Virus record (IMG/VR): IMGVR_UViG_3300037246_001555
Location: 1 to 64,000 of that record
Direction: 5' to 3' (one strand)
Source: a virus
Length of the DNA stretch: 64,000 nt
Below the pieces are notes generated by a model. That model made no database searches. It was not told where the DNA came from and was given only the letters and a program-made list of their open reading frames with translations. Numbering within the stretch: position 1 is the first letter of the stretch; every line of letters begins with the position of its first letter. The translations under genes were made by a program, and so were the position numbers. Shown here one piece after another: positions 36,098 to 45,388 of the stretch.

Positions 36098-36793
36098 ATG
36101 GTAGTTGATCTGCCTAAATGTGGGCGTCCGTTGGATGTTCGATATCATCAATGTGAGCTTGGAGTGGACCTACCGTCCGCGTTCATGCACGATTTGTGGT
36201 CTATAGATAGCCACCTGTATCCTATTTTCCATCCGTATCGAATTCTTTGGGACGATTTGGTCAATAGCTACACCGGGGCAACTCAGGACGAGCGCTATCC
36301 CATTACTGAGAACAGCCATCGTGTTGGCGAGCTGGTTATGGGCCACGTTCTCTCCAACGGGCAGGGAGTACCTACTCCTGACGGTTCTTGGCATATTTGG
36401 CGTTGGTGCGAGCCCGCTCGCGCGTGGGCTCACATCATTCCTGTAGAGTCCAAGGATCGGACTTACTTGAGACTCTTGGTTGAACGCCTCTGGCTTCAGG
36501 CTAAGTACAATGACAGGTACGGCCACCGGGGCTATCAGAAGATGATGGAAGAGGCAGACGTTGATCAGAGACAGAAGATTGCCGATGATAAGAATGATCT
36601 CATGGGCGAGATTCACAAGGCTAATTCAGGGATGATGAAACGCATCATATCTAACTATGAGCGTGGGGTGGTTGATTCCACCAATCCACAGAAGGAATCT
36701 GTGATTTCATATACCGGGCAGACGAATAAGAGTAGGACTGTGCGCCCTCTTGAAGACCGCGAAGGTGGTTTGATCCTCCCCGACGATATGTAG
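36098..36793 (+). CDS. Hypothetical protein
   Basis: Strong GGAGGAGG RBS, 231 aa. Confidence 0.55.
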   Translation: MVVDLPKCGRPLDVRYHQCELGVDLPSAFMHDLWSIDSHLYPIFHPYRILWDDLVNSYTGATQDERYPITENSHRVGELVMGHVLSNGQGVPTPDGSWHIWRWCEPARAWAHIIPVESKDRTYLRLLVERLWLQAKYNDRYGHRGYQKMMEEADVDQRQKIADDKNDLMGEIHKANSGMMKRIISNYERGVVDSTNPQKESVISYTGQTNKSRTVRPLEDREGGLILPDDM

Positions 36794-36801
36794 GAGCGTG
36801 C

Positions 36802-38127
36802 GTGGCAACCTCAGCTAAAAGGTACGGTCTTGAAGTTACCAACGATCTTGAGTTGGAGCTAAGACTTAGGCGCATTGAAGGTGAAATTGACAAGCGTCCG
36901 GTGTCTAGCGACTTCGCAGACTCCGACGCAGTGCAGCGCGTAGACACCATTCCTCAAGTCACTGGGCTTCGTGTGAAGGGTAAGACCGCCGGTGCAGTTA
37001 CTGTGGCTTGGAATCAAGTACGGATTTCTGATCTTCGGCGATACGAGCTGACTATAGCTGAAGACTTGGCCTTTTCTATCAATGTCCAGACCTTCAATGT
37101 TGCTGGTACAGAGTTTCAGTTCAGCACGGTAGCTGAGGAAGGAGGCGGTGGAGACACTACGATCTTTGCTAAGGTGCGGGCCCGGAATAGGGCGGGCACA
37201 CCGGGCCCCTTCTCGGCGGTGCTCAACACCGAGACAGGTCAGGCCCAGTCCGCGGACATTGCTGACGGCGCTGTTACGGCTGAGAAGGTCGATCCTGATG
37301 ACCCGATTCAGTTCTCCGGGCTAGATGATGCTGATGTTGGTGCTAAGCTGGCTTTGAGCGGCTTTATCAACAATCTGAGGTTGTCAAACAACAGCGATGA
37401 TTCCGATCATGATATAGATATTGCTGTTGGTGTTGCTAGGGATTCGACTAACGCTTTGTCTATTTCGCTCACAAGCGGATTTTTAAAGCGAATTGATGCA
37501 CCGTGGACCGCCGGAAGTGGCGGCGGGGGGTTGCCTTCCACGGTAACTTTGTCGGCGGATACCCCGTATTTTGTGTTCTTGGTGTCTAACTCCTCAGGTA
37601 CATCAACAGACGCGGGGTTCGATGATGATCCGGCTGCCGTTAATCTATTAGCGGTAACTGGAGGTTTTACTCGATTCAGACGTATAGGGTGTGTAGTCAC
37701 AGACTCTAGTTCGAACATTCTACCGTTTCTTCAGTACGGAGACTACTTCCAGCTAGGCGATCCGCAACAGGATATTGATATTACGGACCCGGGTACTTCT
37801 GTGCTTACACACACGTTGACTCATATACCTGTAGGTATTGAATGTCTAGTGAATTGCACTTTGAACTGGTGTCCGAATTCGGACGACAACTGGAGCGGTG
37901 TTGTGAAATACGGCCCAGCCGGCGCTTCCTTTTTACCCGCCGTTGACTTCACCAGCTTTGATGGCCGCTCCCGTGGCGACGCTCGGAGTATACAGCACTC
38001 GCCTCAAATCCTAGTAACGTCTTCCGGCACGTTCAAAACTGATGCTTCAGCTAGTCGAGTCAATCTGCATTTTGTGGTTATGATTCACGGATGGACTGAC
38101 CTTAGAGGTAAAGACGGTACGGCATAA
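36802..38127 (+). CDS. Tail protein with fibronectin type III domain and fibre-like C-terminus
   Basis: VTGLRV...VTVAW...Y...KVRARN..G..GPFS (FN3), then DHDIDIAVG.ARD and FRRIG motifs. Confidence 0.65.
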   Translation: MATSAKRYGLEVTNDLELELRLRRIEGEIDKRPVSSDFADSDAVQRVDTIPQVTGLRVKGKTAGAVTVAWNQVRISDLRRYELTIAEDLAFSINVQTFNVAGTEFQFSTVAEEGGGGDTTIFAKVRARNRAGTPGPFSAVLNTETGQAQSADIADGAVTAEKVDPDDPIQFSGLDDADVGAKLALSGFINNLRLSNNSDDSDHDIDIAVGVARDSTNALSISLTSGFLKRIDAPWTAGSGGGGLPSTVTLSADTPYFVFLVSNSSGTSTDAGFDDDPAAVNLLAVTGGFTRFRRIGCVVTDSSSNILPFLQYGDYFQLGDPQQDIDITDPGTSVLTHTLTHIPVGIECLVNCTLNWCPNSDDNWSGVVKYGPAGASFLPAVDFTSFDGRSRGDARSIQHSPQILVTSSGTFKTDASASRVNLHFVVMIHGWTDLRGKDGTA

Positions 38128-38142
38128 CTAAGGAGAAGATGA

Positions 38143-38835
38143 ATGGCAACCATTGATGACAATTTGTCCGGGCTAAGAGACCGCACTAGGCGGTGGCTCC
38201 ACGAGCTAGCTCCCGGTAACTCCTTTTGGAGTAACACGTTTATTGACCAGCAAATCAACGTCTCCTATAGGCGCCGCTGTGCAAATCTCGTGATGGCCTT
38301 TGAGGGTTACTTCACGAACGTCGCGACTAGAGATCTCGTCGCAGATCAGGAGAGGTACGCTTGGCCTCCCGGCTTTGAGCGTTGTGAGAAGATGGAGCTG
38401 GTTAGAACAGACGGTACCACGGTGCCGCTTGAGGCGCAACGCCGTCACTACAGCGTCAATTTCACCGAAGTGAACAACACCCAAGACTCCTACGTCCCCA
38501 CATATCGCCCCATTGGCGGAGGCTTTGTACTAGAGCCCGCGCCGGGCGAGACCACTGCGAACGGTATCCGAATGGAGTACCACGGCCTCCCCACGCTGAT
38601 GCAGGCTGATGGCGACTCCATGCACGCGGACTTCCCTCGTAGTTTTGACGAGCTGGTGGTGCTGGACTCGGTAATCGCTTGCATGGACTCAGAGAACCTG
38701 ATGGAGACCGGAGCCATGCGTACCGCCCTCCGCCAGCGCAGCGACTGGGAACAAGACTGGGAAAGGTACATTGACGGTAAGATCATCGGTACCAACAAGA
38801 TTCAACCCTTTGTCCCTCACTACGCGGACGCCTAA
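38143..38835 (+). CDS. Head-tail adaptor (tail tubular protein A-like)
   Basis: LRDRTRRWL.E...FWS...I...IN, Y..P, L.PAP pattern. Precedes the nozzle gene. Confidence 0.65.
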   Translation: MATIDDNLSGLRDRTRRWLHELAPGNSFWSNTFIDQQINVSYRRRCANLVMAFEGYFTNVATRDLVADQERYAWPPGFERCEKMELVRTDGTTVPLEAQRRHYSVNFTEVNNTQDSYVPTYRPIGGGFVLEPAPGETTANGIRMEYHGLPTLMQADGDSMHADFPRSFDELVVLDSVIACMDSENLMETGAMRTALRQRSDWEQDWERYIDGKIIGTNKIQPFVPHYADA

Positions 38836-38863
38836 TAACTACAACCAACACAGGAGTTTTATC

Positions 38864-39013
38864 ATGATGGATTACGGAAACAGCAACGAAAGAAGCATGC
38901 GGCATCATCCCAAGTCTAAGGGAGCACACAAGAAGTACATGGCAGATATGAAAAAGAAGGACAAGGCGAAGGACAAGCTGAAGGACAAGGCGAAGGAGAG
39001 AGGCTTCAAGTAA
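38864..39013 (+). CDS. Small Lys-rich protein with KDK(A/L) repeats
   Basis: AGGAG RBS before ATG 38864; short tandem repeat AAGGACAAGGCG. Confidence 0.5.
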   Translation: MMDYGNSNERSMRHHPKSKGAHKKYMADMKKKDKAKDKLKDKAKERGFK

Positions 39014-41566
39014 ATGAGCGCCAGACAGAAGATGCCCTCTGTTGACATCCTCAACTTTGAGGGCCTCTTCACCAAGCAGAACCCCGAGACACTCAACGTT
39101 ACTCAGCTCCGTGAGTGCAAGAACGCTGACTTCTTTCGTGAGTACGGCTCGTTGTCGAAGCTGCGCGGGAATACCCGCGTCCTCAACGATCAGTACTCAG
39201 AAAGTAGCGTTACAAAGGGTATCTATTGGGGGACTAACTACAAGGCCCAAGATCTCTCCGGCGCTATAGATCGGCAAGTTCTCATAGGTGCGGGTACTAC
39301 TATTCGTACGATCAATTCTGACGGCTCGACTACTGAGCTATTGGACGGCGAACCCGATTCTCTCTTTCGGACTTCGGGCCAATTGGATCGGTTCCTGTTC
39401 TTCACCAGCCAGGACCCCTTCGATGTAGGCAAACGAGGCCAGATGTCGAAGTATGATGGAACGCGCATAACTAAATGGGGCGTTGACTCCCCCGGTAATC
39501 AGGTAATCAAGTTCACAATTGGCGGGGCCGTTGAATCCGATATTGATGTCCCGATTGAGGGATTTGATGATGTTTCCCTATTCACACCCACCAACGCGAC
39601 GGTTTCAGAATCATCCCAGCCTGCTTGGCGCTCTACCTCGGCGAAGATGACTAAGGGTACGGCGTCTACTAAGGCTAGTATTGAGCGCCTCGGCACAGAC
39701 GTCGTTGCGCCCGCCCCCTTTGCAATCAACACCATTATCGAAGATCGCGCACAAATGCAGGTATTCATTCCACGGGAAGACTACCGTAAGTTGGTTACTA
39801 GCGGTGCGGCAATATCTGTGTATATTGGCTCTTCTGCTACCCTGGTTAGCAACTATTTCCGCTACGACTTTCAGATCGGCAGACTATTTGAGGGTTGGAA
39901 CACTCTGGTGTTCGACTTTTCGACTTTCCCCAGTGGCGACTTCGGCACCACGGTGGGCATACCGGATGACGATCAGCTTACTAGCTATCGCTTTGAGGTC
40001 ACCACCAACAACGCATCGGACATTCTGTCGGTGTATTGGGATTTCTTCACCTCATTCGATCAAGGAGCGCCCGTTCCTACCTTTGCTTCCGCTGGTGGTA
40101 CTGTGTTCAATCAGGCCCCCACTGCCATTTGGAAGTACAAGGTTACTTTCGTTGACGATGCGGGTTTTGAATCCAACGCCGGGCCAGAATCAGTTGATGC
40201 GGACAATACGTCCGGTTCGACAAATTTCGGTCAGATAGACTTGACGGACCTGCCCGTCTCCAAGACCGGCGCTATAGTTAAGCGAAATATTTACCGCACA
40301 GTAGCAGCCGGCTCGACGTTCCTATTTCTTGCTACCGTCAATGACAATGTAGCTACGACTTATGAGGATACGACTTCGGACGTGTCTTTGGGTACAGTTA
40401 CCCCTCCTATTCTCGGCGATCTGATCTTCGATAACAGCCTCCCTCCCAGTGGCGGGATTATGCTCATCTGGAAGCGGACTGCTTTCGTGGCGGGGGACCC
40501 CCTTAACCCCACCATTCTGTCGTTTAGCCGCTTTGATTTGCCTGAGGCTATGCCACTAAATAACGCGATAGAGTTCGATGAGCGCGTTACCGGTTTGTTT
40601 AAGACCTATCTCGGCGTTGTGGTTACCACCGAAACCTCCTACTGGAGGATCATCGGTGATAATCCCGACTACACTGTAGATAAGGTCATCGAAGGCTTTG
40701 GCGGTGTAGGCCCCCGCGGTGTGGGGACCGGTCGAGAGATCGGCTGGGCTGTGGATCGCGACGGCCTTCGACTCTATGATCTTCGTGACACCATCAAGGT
40801 ATCCGAAGTGATCCGTGATCGAGTTGATGCTTTCAACAAATCGAGTCTGGAGGACACCCACACAGTCCACAGCAGAAAGGACAATGCGCTTATTTGGTTG
40901 AACAAAGATACATCGGGGGTGTATTCGGACATTTACATGTACCAGTACATGATTGATGAGGTGCGTCAGGGCTGGTACACACAGGTAACCCCGAACCCTT
41001 CTTCCTTCAACATGCAGCATCTGTGGGAGATAGAGGACTCCAACGGCGATTTTAGGCTGTACGCCTCTACTGATGGGGGCATGGTCCACAATATGATGTC
41101 TGACTCCTCCCTCAACTGGCTGAATGACTCGGGCCAGTCGAGAGCTATCACAATGGACGTTCAGACGGCCTATATGCGCCTAGGAGTCACGGAGGAGGCT
41201 GTGGCGCTGGCTGGGGCCTCTGGCCGTATTACGGTTCGCTACGTCGAGCTGAGGATCAAGGAGAACACTGGTGCTGCCCACACGTGGACGGTTACCGTGG
41301 ACACGAGCGACTCCGCCAGCGAGAACGCAACTGTCCGCGATACTCAAGACCTCACATTTGATTTTAAGGCGGGACAATCGCTTCTACGTCTACCCACACA
41401 GGACCTCACACCCGCGGAGTACGCTAGGCTTCGTTTGGTGAATTCAGAGAAGGACAAGGATTTGTCTATTATGGGCATCAAGATCTACTACCACGTGAGG
41501 TCAGGCCAGTTCGCGGTCACCGGCGAATCCGGTGGTGGCGTCGCCGGAGGCGGCGGACAGAATTAG
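39014..41566 (+). CDS. Tail nozzle / stabilization protein (tubular protein B / P22 gp10-like)
   Basis: 850 aa beta-rich protein with N-terminal F.GL...N.D....G.L.K..G pattern. Lies between adaptor and ejection genes. Confidence 0.65.
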   Translation: MSARQKMPSVDILNFEGLFTKQNPETLNVTQLRECKNADFFREYGSLSKLRGNTRVLNDQYSESSVTKGIYWGTNYKAQDLSGAIDRQVLIGAGTTIRTINSDGSTTELLDGEPDSLFRTSGQLDRFLFFTSQDPFDVGKRGQMSKYDGTRITKWGVDSPGNQVIKFTIGGAVESDIDVPIEGFDDVSLFTPTNATVSESSQPAWRSTSAKMTKGTASTKASIERLGTDVVAPAPFAINTIIEDRAQMQVFIPREDYRKLVTSGAAISVYIGSSATLVSNYFRYDFQIGRLFEGWNTLVFDFSTFPSGDFGTTVGIPDDDQLTSYRFEVTTNNASDILSVYWDFFTSFDQGAPVPTFASAGGTVFNQAPTAIWKYKVTFVDDAGFESNAGPESVDADNTSGSTNFGQIDLTDLPVSKTGAIVKRNIYRTVAAGSTFLFLATVNDNVATTYEDTTSDVSLGTVTPPILGDLIFDNSLPPSGGIMLIWKRTAFVAGDPLNPTILSFSRFDLPEAMPLNNAIEFDERVTGLFKTYLGVVVTTETSYWRIIGDNPDYTVDKVIEGFGGVGPRGVGTGREIGWAVDRDGLRLYDLRDTIKVSEVIRDRVDAFNKSSLEDTHTVHSRKDNALIWLNKDTSGVYSDIYMYQYMIDEVRQGWYTQVTPNPSSFNMQHLWEIEDSNGDFRLYASTDGGMVHNMMSDSSLNWLNDSGQSRAITMDVQTAYMRLGVTEEAVALAGASGRITVRYVELRIKENTGAAHTWTVTVDTSDSASENATVRDTQDLTFDFKAGQSLLRLPTQDLTPAEYARLRLVNSEKDKDLSIMGIKIYYHVRSGQFAVTGESGGGVAGGGGQN

Positions 41567-41599
41567 TCAGATCAAATAAATATGCTTGTAGAATGATCT

Positions 41600-41618
41600 A
41601 AACGGTATTATTTACTAG
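41600..41618 (+). promoter_or_regulatory. Conserved phage promoter-like motif, copy 7
   Basis: AAACGGTATTATTTACTAG followed by GGAGGAG and ATG 41633. Confidence 0.75.
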
Positions 41619-41632
41619 GGAGGAGTGTATCT

Positions 41633-42151
41633 ATGCCTGAATTGAAGAAGATACGTATTAGAGAGGCCCAGCCCCGGGATGTTGGTTTGTTCAAGAAGCT
41701 GTGGATGAAGCTACTTGAGTCGCAGCATGAAGCTGGAAGTCCTATTCTGCCGAATGAGCACAACCTAGAGGTGGCGGTAGGATTGTTCAATATGTACGTT
41801 GACGCCGATAGGCCAGACGAGTTTCGGAAAGACGGCGTGGTATTGTTCGTTAGTGACGCGGCCGTCTTGATGTGGGGGGACATGTGTTTACCGTATCAAG
41901 TCTCCATAGGCGATAAGGTCGCTTACGGCTGGGGTCACTACGTTGATCCGGAATATCGAGGCAAGGGCATAATGGACAAAATGCTAGATGAAACTCTTGA
42001 ACGACTCAAGTCTATGGGGTTTGACGCCATTCTCGGTAGCACTATGGACGGCGATGACCACGCAGACGAAGCTCTGCGTCGGGGAATTAAACAACGAGGC
42101 GATATTCATCTAACCGGTGAGCGCCCTTGCTACGTGCTGTTTAAGGAGTAG
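41633..42151 (+). CDS. GNAT acetyltransferase
   Basis: IREAQPRD, YVDPEYRGKGI acetyl-CoA motif. Sits before ejection proteins, as in many podoviruses. Confidence 0.8.
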   Translation: MPELKKIRIREAQPRDVGLFKKLWMKLLESQHEAGSPILPNEHNLEVAVGLFNMYVDADRPDEFRKDGVVLFVSDAAVLMWGDMCLPYQVSIGDKVAYGWGHYVDPEYRGKGIMDKMLDETLERLKSMGFDAILGSTMDGDDHADEALRRGIKQRGDIHLTGERPCYVLFKE

Positions 42152-42154
42152 TTA

Positions 42155-43237
42155 ATGGCTGGTCTTGCCGGAGGCGCCCTGAGCGCAGTAGGCGGTATTG
42201 TCACTGGTGCAATGCAGGCCGCCGCCCAGAAGAAAATCGCGAAGCAACAGATCAAGTCTCAGGAGCGTATTCACGAGTCTGGGGCCGCGGAGCGTGAGAA
42301 GCTGAGTCAGATGACTCGCGCCGATCAGGATATCGCCCGCCAGAATCTTTTGGCCTCAGAGCAGGCCCGCCTCAATGTCATGTCTTCTCTCGGAACCCCC
42401 GGTACCTACGGTAGCGTGGGTTCTCGTTCTGGGCCGATCTCTTTGGGGGTCCTCAAGCCTATTGGGCTGGCAGGCCTGAACCGGAGCGGAGGAGACACTC
42501 TAACAGCTTCGGGCGAGCTAACGAAGACCGGTCGAGTAACAGCCGAGGACGTTCAGCTAGGGAAGAAGGCTAGATGGAAGGGGATGCGCGAGTGGAATGT
42601 GACGGGCGCCAATCTGGACCCCGACGCTATGGCTAGCGCTGTTGAGGGCACCGCGGGCTTCCGTACCGTATCCCGCATGGTTGCCGAAGCAGAGCAGCTC
42701 ATGAATCGTGAAGGCCCGCTTTGGGATCAACTGAACAATTCAGTTGTTGGTGGGATCTACGAGTCCAACGCCGCATTCCAGCGTCAGGCTATGGAGGAGG
42801 TGTCTCGTATGATGGCCCGAGGAGGCACCGCTCGCAGGGTCGGGCTTCAGATGGCCCAAGCGTTTCAGGTTCAGGAGCAGGTGAACCGGACCCGCACAGG
42901 CCAGCTATGGCAGGCGAAGATGGGTTTGGAGAAGTTCCGCACCGATTACAGTCAGCAGGTAACCTCCTACTCGCAGGCGTGGGTGAGTAATCAAGCTGGT
43001 ATCCGCGACTCCTTTACAAACGCACTCCAGAATCTCCAGCTATATTGGTCTAGTACGATGGCCCCCACTCTCGTGGGTGCGTCGGTGGGCGCACAGCAAT
43101 CCACTCAGCAGGGTGTTTTGAGCGCCGGTCGAGGACTAATGGATGCGGCTAATACACAGGGTCAGGCCATCAGTGGAGCTACTCAGGGAATGATTGGTGC
43201 GATTAAAACCATTGACTGGTCTGGCGACGGCGGTTAA
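42155..43237 (+). CDS. Internal virion / DNA ejection protein
   Basis: N-terminal Gly/Ala hydrophobic segment, Gln/Ala-rich helical sequence. Confidence 0.6.
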   Translation: MAGLAGGALSAVGGIVTGAMQAAAQKKIAKQQIKSQERIHESGAAEREKLSQMTRADQDIARQNLLASEQARLNVMSSLGTPGTYGSVGSRSGPISLGVLKPIGLAGLNRSGGDTLTASGELTKTGRVTAEDVQLGKKARWKGMREWNVTGANLDPDAMASAVEGTAGFRTVSRMVAEAEQLMNREGPLWDQLNNSVVGGIYESNAAFQRQAMEEVSRMMARGGTARRVGLQMAQAFQVQEQVNRTRTGQLWQAKMGLEKFRTDYSQQVTSYSQAWVSNQAGIRDSFTNALQNLQLYWSSTMAPTLVGASVGAQQSTQQGVLSAGRGLMDAANTQGQAISGATQGMIGAIKTIDWSGDGG

Positions 43238-43248
43238 GGAAGCATAGT

Positions 43249-45384
43249 ATGGCGAACGGATTTCAAGGAGCTGTTTCTTCCGGTACGCAACGTCGTATGG
43301 CGGGTGCTATGGAATCTGAAATGGGCTTTGGGGCGATGTGGTCCGCAGGAGCATCTCCGCAAGTCCAGCAAGCTCAGATGGCCTCCGCGCGGGATCGTGG
43401 AGCTATGGCCGCGCAGAATATTCGTAACCGCTACTTCAAGAAGGAGTGGGAGCAGATCCAAGAAATCGAAGTCCAGCAGCACTTGGATCGTCTTTCCGCC
43501 GCTGAAGATACGAGGCGTAATACACTACTGACAACCACCATGCCAGTAAAGCGTATGGTAAGTCCCGAAGAGCAGTCCTCTCGCGGCCTCGGCATTGCTG
43601 CGGAGCAGCACGCAGCCGGTCACGGTCAGGTCCAAAGTATACCCGGCGCACCCGGCAGAGACGGCAAGCCTACTCAGTCAACAATTGATCAGCCTCCGCC
43701 CCCGCCGCCCAATACGATGGGCGACCAGGAGATAGGTGCTGTGGAAGCCGAAGATATGCTAGCACTAATGGACCCTGTTAGTGGGACTCCCATTGCTGTT
43801 TCGTCCGACCGAGGTATCTCTCTCATTAAAAATGCGAACTCAGCCTATTGGGGTACGTACGGCGAAGTAATGCAGAACATGATGTCTATCGGCGTAAAGT
43901 ACGCGGGTAATCCCTATGCCGATAAGTTCATGTCGGAAGTTCTCGGACAGGTAGAGAAGCAGGCTAGCATGTCTGCCACCGGTCAGACCGACCCGCAAGC
44001 AGCTCAGGAATGGATGGAGGGCCGGCAGCAGTGGGAAGCTGAGCAGTCTATCCGTAATCAGAATGTAGACCGTGGACGGCTTGCTCTTGAGACCAATGAA
44101 GCCGATCTTCAGGTAGCCGTACGAGACGCTGACCGCCTGGCTGGGACCGACGCCGCTTTCCGTGACCTCGTTGGTGACAAGATCGTGGGCAAGTTTGAAA
44201 GCGGCGAGCAGCTCACTCGTAGCGAGTCGCTTGAAGCGTCTAGCGCCGTGGCTAAGCACCGCTCACTTCAGGAGAAGGCGATTCTACAGCGAGTCAACCA
44301 GAGGGTTTTCACTATCTCGACGGCCAATCTTCCGAATCCCTCCAACTGGCTTCCTGAGATGTCTACCGGCGATCCAACGTTCAAGCTGTATTACAATCAA
44401 GCATTTCAGGAAGCGGTGGCGAATAAGCTTCCCGAATTTAGAGATATGGACCCGGAATTTGCGGGTGAGAAGCTTCTCGCTTTGGGAGCTAATCCGACTG
44501 AGGTGCAGTTGTTCATGGCCGGCGGAGGAGCCGGGCCGACGGTTATTGAGGCTATTCAAACGGAGCTGTCTCAGACCGGAGAGGTTCAGAAAGCCTACGA
44601 TCAAGCGTTCTTGAGGCGGCTCCCGCAGTTGGAGAAGCAGCAGCCGGAACTCGCGGGCCTCATCGACCAGTCTATTGAGCAGACGATTCAAGAGATGAGG
44701 AATCTAGGCTACAATCCGAATGAAGAACTCCTTAGAACTGATCGGTACCGGACCTTCTTCGAATCGACCTATCAGCGCCGCGCCCCTGACTACCATGATC
44801 CGGACACTTTCTACCGTTTGGCCCGCACAAAGGACCGTCAGGTAGCCGAAGCAGATGACCGACGCCGTGAGGCTGAAGCGCGCGAAACGGCTCTGCTGGA
44901 GAAGCAGGCGGCCCTTCATAGTCTCGGCGTTTACCCGGAAGGCGGAACTACCAGGCCCACGGGACCGCTTGCAAAGCCGGCTCCTCCGGTAGAGGTACAA
45001 GCGCCCGCTCAGCCCGCCGCCACTGAGACGACCACTACAGGCGAGTCAAGTGAGTGGGATCGAGTATATGGTCCAGGTGCGACGCCCTCGGAACTCCTAG
45101 TTAAGGGCGCCCTCGGAGCAGTCCAGGGCGTAGCTAGATTCTCTCGCCGGGCGTTTGGTGATTACCAACCCTTACTGGTGCGTGAGCCCACTAGAGCCGT
45201 TAGCTACAACATACAAGGTCAGCCGCTAGACGAGGACGGCCAGCCGTTGGAATCGAGTAACCCCTACGTGAACCTGCCGAGGAATATCCTACAGCAGCTC
45301 ATCTCCACAACGCCCTCTGACTCTCAAGCATTTGAGTTGCTTGAGGAGGCCCTCGCCGCTTACTCGGCAGCCGCAACGGAGTAG
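43249..45384 (+). CDS. Internal virion / DNA ejection protein
   Basis: 711 aa helical Gln/Ala/Glu-rich protein; synteny. Confidence 0.55.
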   Translation: MANGFQGAVSSGTQRRMAGAMESEMGFGAMWSAGASPQVQQAQMASARDRGAMAAQNIRNRYFKKEWEQIQEIEVQQHLDRLSAAEDTRRNTLLTTTMPVKRMVSPEEQSSRGLGIAAEQHAAGHGQVQSIPGAPGRDGKPTQSTIDQPPPPPPNTMGDQEIGAVEAEDMLALMDPVSGTPIAVSSDRGISLIKNANSAYWGTYGEVMQNMMSIGVKYAGNPYADKFMSEVLGQVEKQASMSATGQTDPQAAQEWMEGRQQWEAEQSIRNQNVDRGRLALETNEADLQVAVRDADRLAGTDAAFRDLVGDKIVGKFESGEQLTRSESLEASSAVAKHRSLQEKAILQRVNQRVFTISTANLPNPSNWLPEMSTGDPTFKLYYNQAFQEAVANKLPEFRDMDPEFAGEKLLALGANPTEVQLFMAGGGAGPTVIEAIQTELSQTGEVQKAYDQAFLRRLPQLEKQQPELAGLIDQSIEQTIQEMRNLGYNPNEELLRTDRYRTFFESTYQRRAPDYHDPDTFYRLARTKDRQVAEADDRRREAEARETALLEKQAALHSLGVYPEGGTTRPTGPLAKPAPPVEVQAPAQPAATETTTTGESSEWDRVYGPGATPSELLVKGALGAVQGVARFSRRAFGDYQPLLVREPTRAVSYNIQGQPLDEDGQPLESSNPYVNLPRNILQQLISTTPSDSQAFELLEEALAAYSAAATE

Positions 45385-45388
45385 ATAA